Of a DNA stretch of 61,447 nt, positions 60,851 to 61,447 are shown one piece after another (position 1 is the first letter of the stretch; each line of letters opens with the position of its first letter). The stretch spans positions 1 to 61,447 of the forward strand of contig JARQWU010000033.1 of assembly GCA_040182905.1 (NCBI GenBank), read 5' to 3'. Position numbers and translations under genes: made by a program. The notes below the pieces were generated by a model, which was not told the DNA's origin, ran no database searches, and saw only the letters and a program-made list of their open reading frames with translations. This stretch comes from Barthelona sp. PAP020. Its lineage: Eukaryota.

Positions 60851-60923
60851 GCCCGCGTAGCTCAGTTGGTAGAGCTACGGACTCTTAATCCGTCGGTCGA
60901 GGGTTCGAGCCCCTTCGCGGGCG
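60851..60923 (+). tRNA. tRNA-Lys(CTT), intronless, no encoded CCA
   Basis: Acceptor stem GCCCGCG/CGCGGGC, D arm GCTC/GAGC, anticodon arm ACGGA-CTCTTAA-TCCGT, T arm GAGGG-TTCGAGC-CCCTT. Confidence 0.98.
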
Positions 60924-60925
60924 AG

Positions 60926-60930
60926 TTTTT
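60926..60930 (+). terminator. RNA polymerase III T-run terminator
   Basis: TTTTT starts 3 nt after the tRNA discriminator base. Confidence 0.75.
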
Positions 60931-60988
60931 CTTAATTTCAAAAAGGGACTAGGATCGAGTCTCATCTATTAAGAATTTCAACAATAAA

Positions 60989-61172
60989 TTCTGAACAGTT
61001 TATATCCAACTCTTAGGTGTGGGGGGTTGTGGTTGAGATGTTAGCAGCGTGATCTTTCTTTCCCTCTTATTTCACACGACAATAATAATAAATGTTTATA
61101 AAGATCTTTATTGTTCTCGGTTAGAGTTTGGGGGTACTTGCAACTGAGTCGTTTTGCGTGGATGGTTCAGAA
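60989..61172 (+). ncRNA. Candidate structured RNA of unknown family
   Basis: Nested complementary segments and locally higher GC with no ORF; see findings. Confidence 0.3.
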
Positions 61173-61447
61173 CACTCTTAAAAAAAAAAGAAATACTTTA
61201 GGTGTGGATGGGGCGATTATCTAAATAAAAGTTTAATAATCTTTTCCCTTCTTGCCAATAAATTTTGATTGTTCTTCTCTGGGTTTCCTTGATGAAACCA
61301 TGTAATTCCTTGCTAACCTACTATGCACACTTGCATCCTTATTACCCTGAATCATTTGATTCTTTGTTGTTATTTCACTTTCAATTTTGATATCCATTAA
61401 TATCAGAAATTGCAAGAAGAAACCTTAAACACATTTATATTGTCTTT

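Noticed and set aside
61013..61207. Telomeric repeats or telomerase template (TTAGGTGTGG twice)
   Set aside because: Only two dispersed copies, no tandem array, and the telomere sequence of this organism is unknown
1..61447. Alternative genetic code (stop reassignment)
   Set aside because: Conserved genes end with TAA or TGA at expected positions, TAG ends EBP2 and other ORFs, and none has internal stops; in-frame stops occur only in degenerate spacers
1..61447. Transposons, viral genes or bacterial horizontal-transfer islands
   Set aside because: No transposase, reverse transcriptase, integrase, capsid or clearly prokaryotic ORF recognised, and composition looks uniform

Overview
This is a gene-dense, very AT-rich segment of a microbial eukaryote nuclear genome using the standard genetic code, with about 32 protein genes on both strands and one tRNA-Lys(CTT). 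Well-supported genes include PRP8, SNU13, MFAP1, an SRRM1-like PWI protein, CPSF30/YTH1, ROK1/DDX52, REX4, EBP2, C1D, SQT1/AAMP, a plant-type non-canonical nucleotidyltransferase, UFL1, an ATG18/WIPI PROPPIN, aspartate aminotransferase, a kinesin, LRRIQ3, TMEM151, TM2D2, an SLC35F6-like transporter and an orphan 2,864-aa type I membrane protein. The genome is nearly intron-free. The only two introns I can support (37 and 39 nt, in SNU13 and a CHY zinc-finger gene) sit immediately after the ATG and end in TCTAATAT(1-2 nt)AG. A third, 26-nt intron-like element with the same signature starts 2 nt after the PRP8 stop codon and encloses a putative poly(A) signal. Gene 3' ends are enriched for TGTAAA/TATAAA rather than AATAAA, and the CPSF30 fingers that read the signal are remodelled. 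Several gene starts carry an Inr-like TCATTTT. A structured-RNA candidate follows the tRNA, and several spacers look like eroded genes. These traits suggest a metamonad-like flagellate, but that is inference. All homology calls come from recalled family motifs, not database searches.
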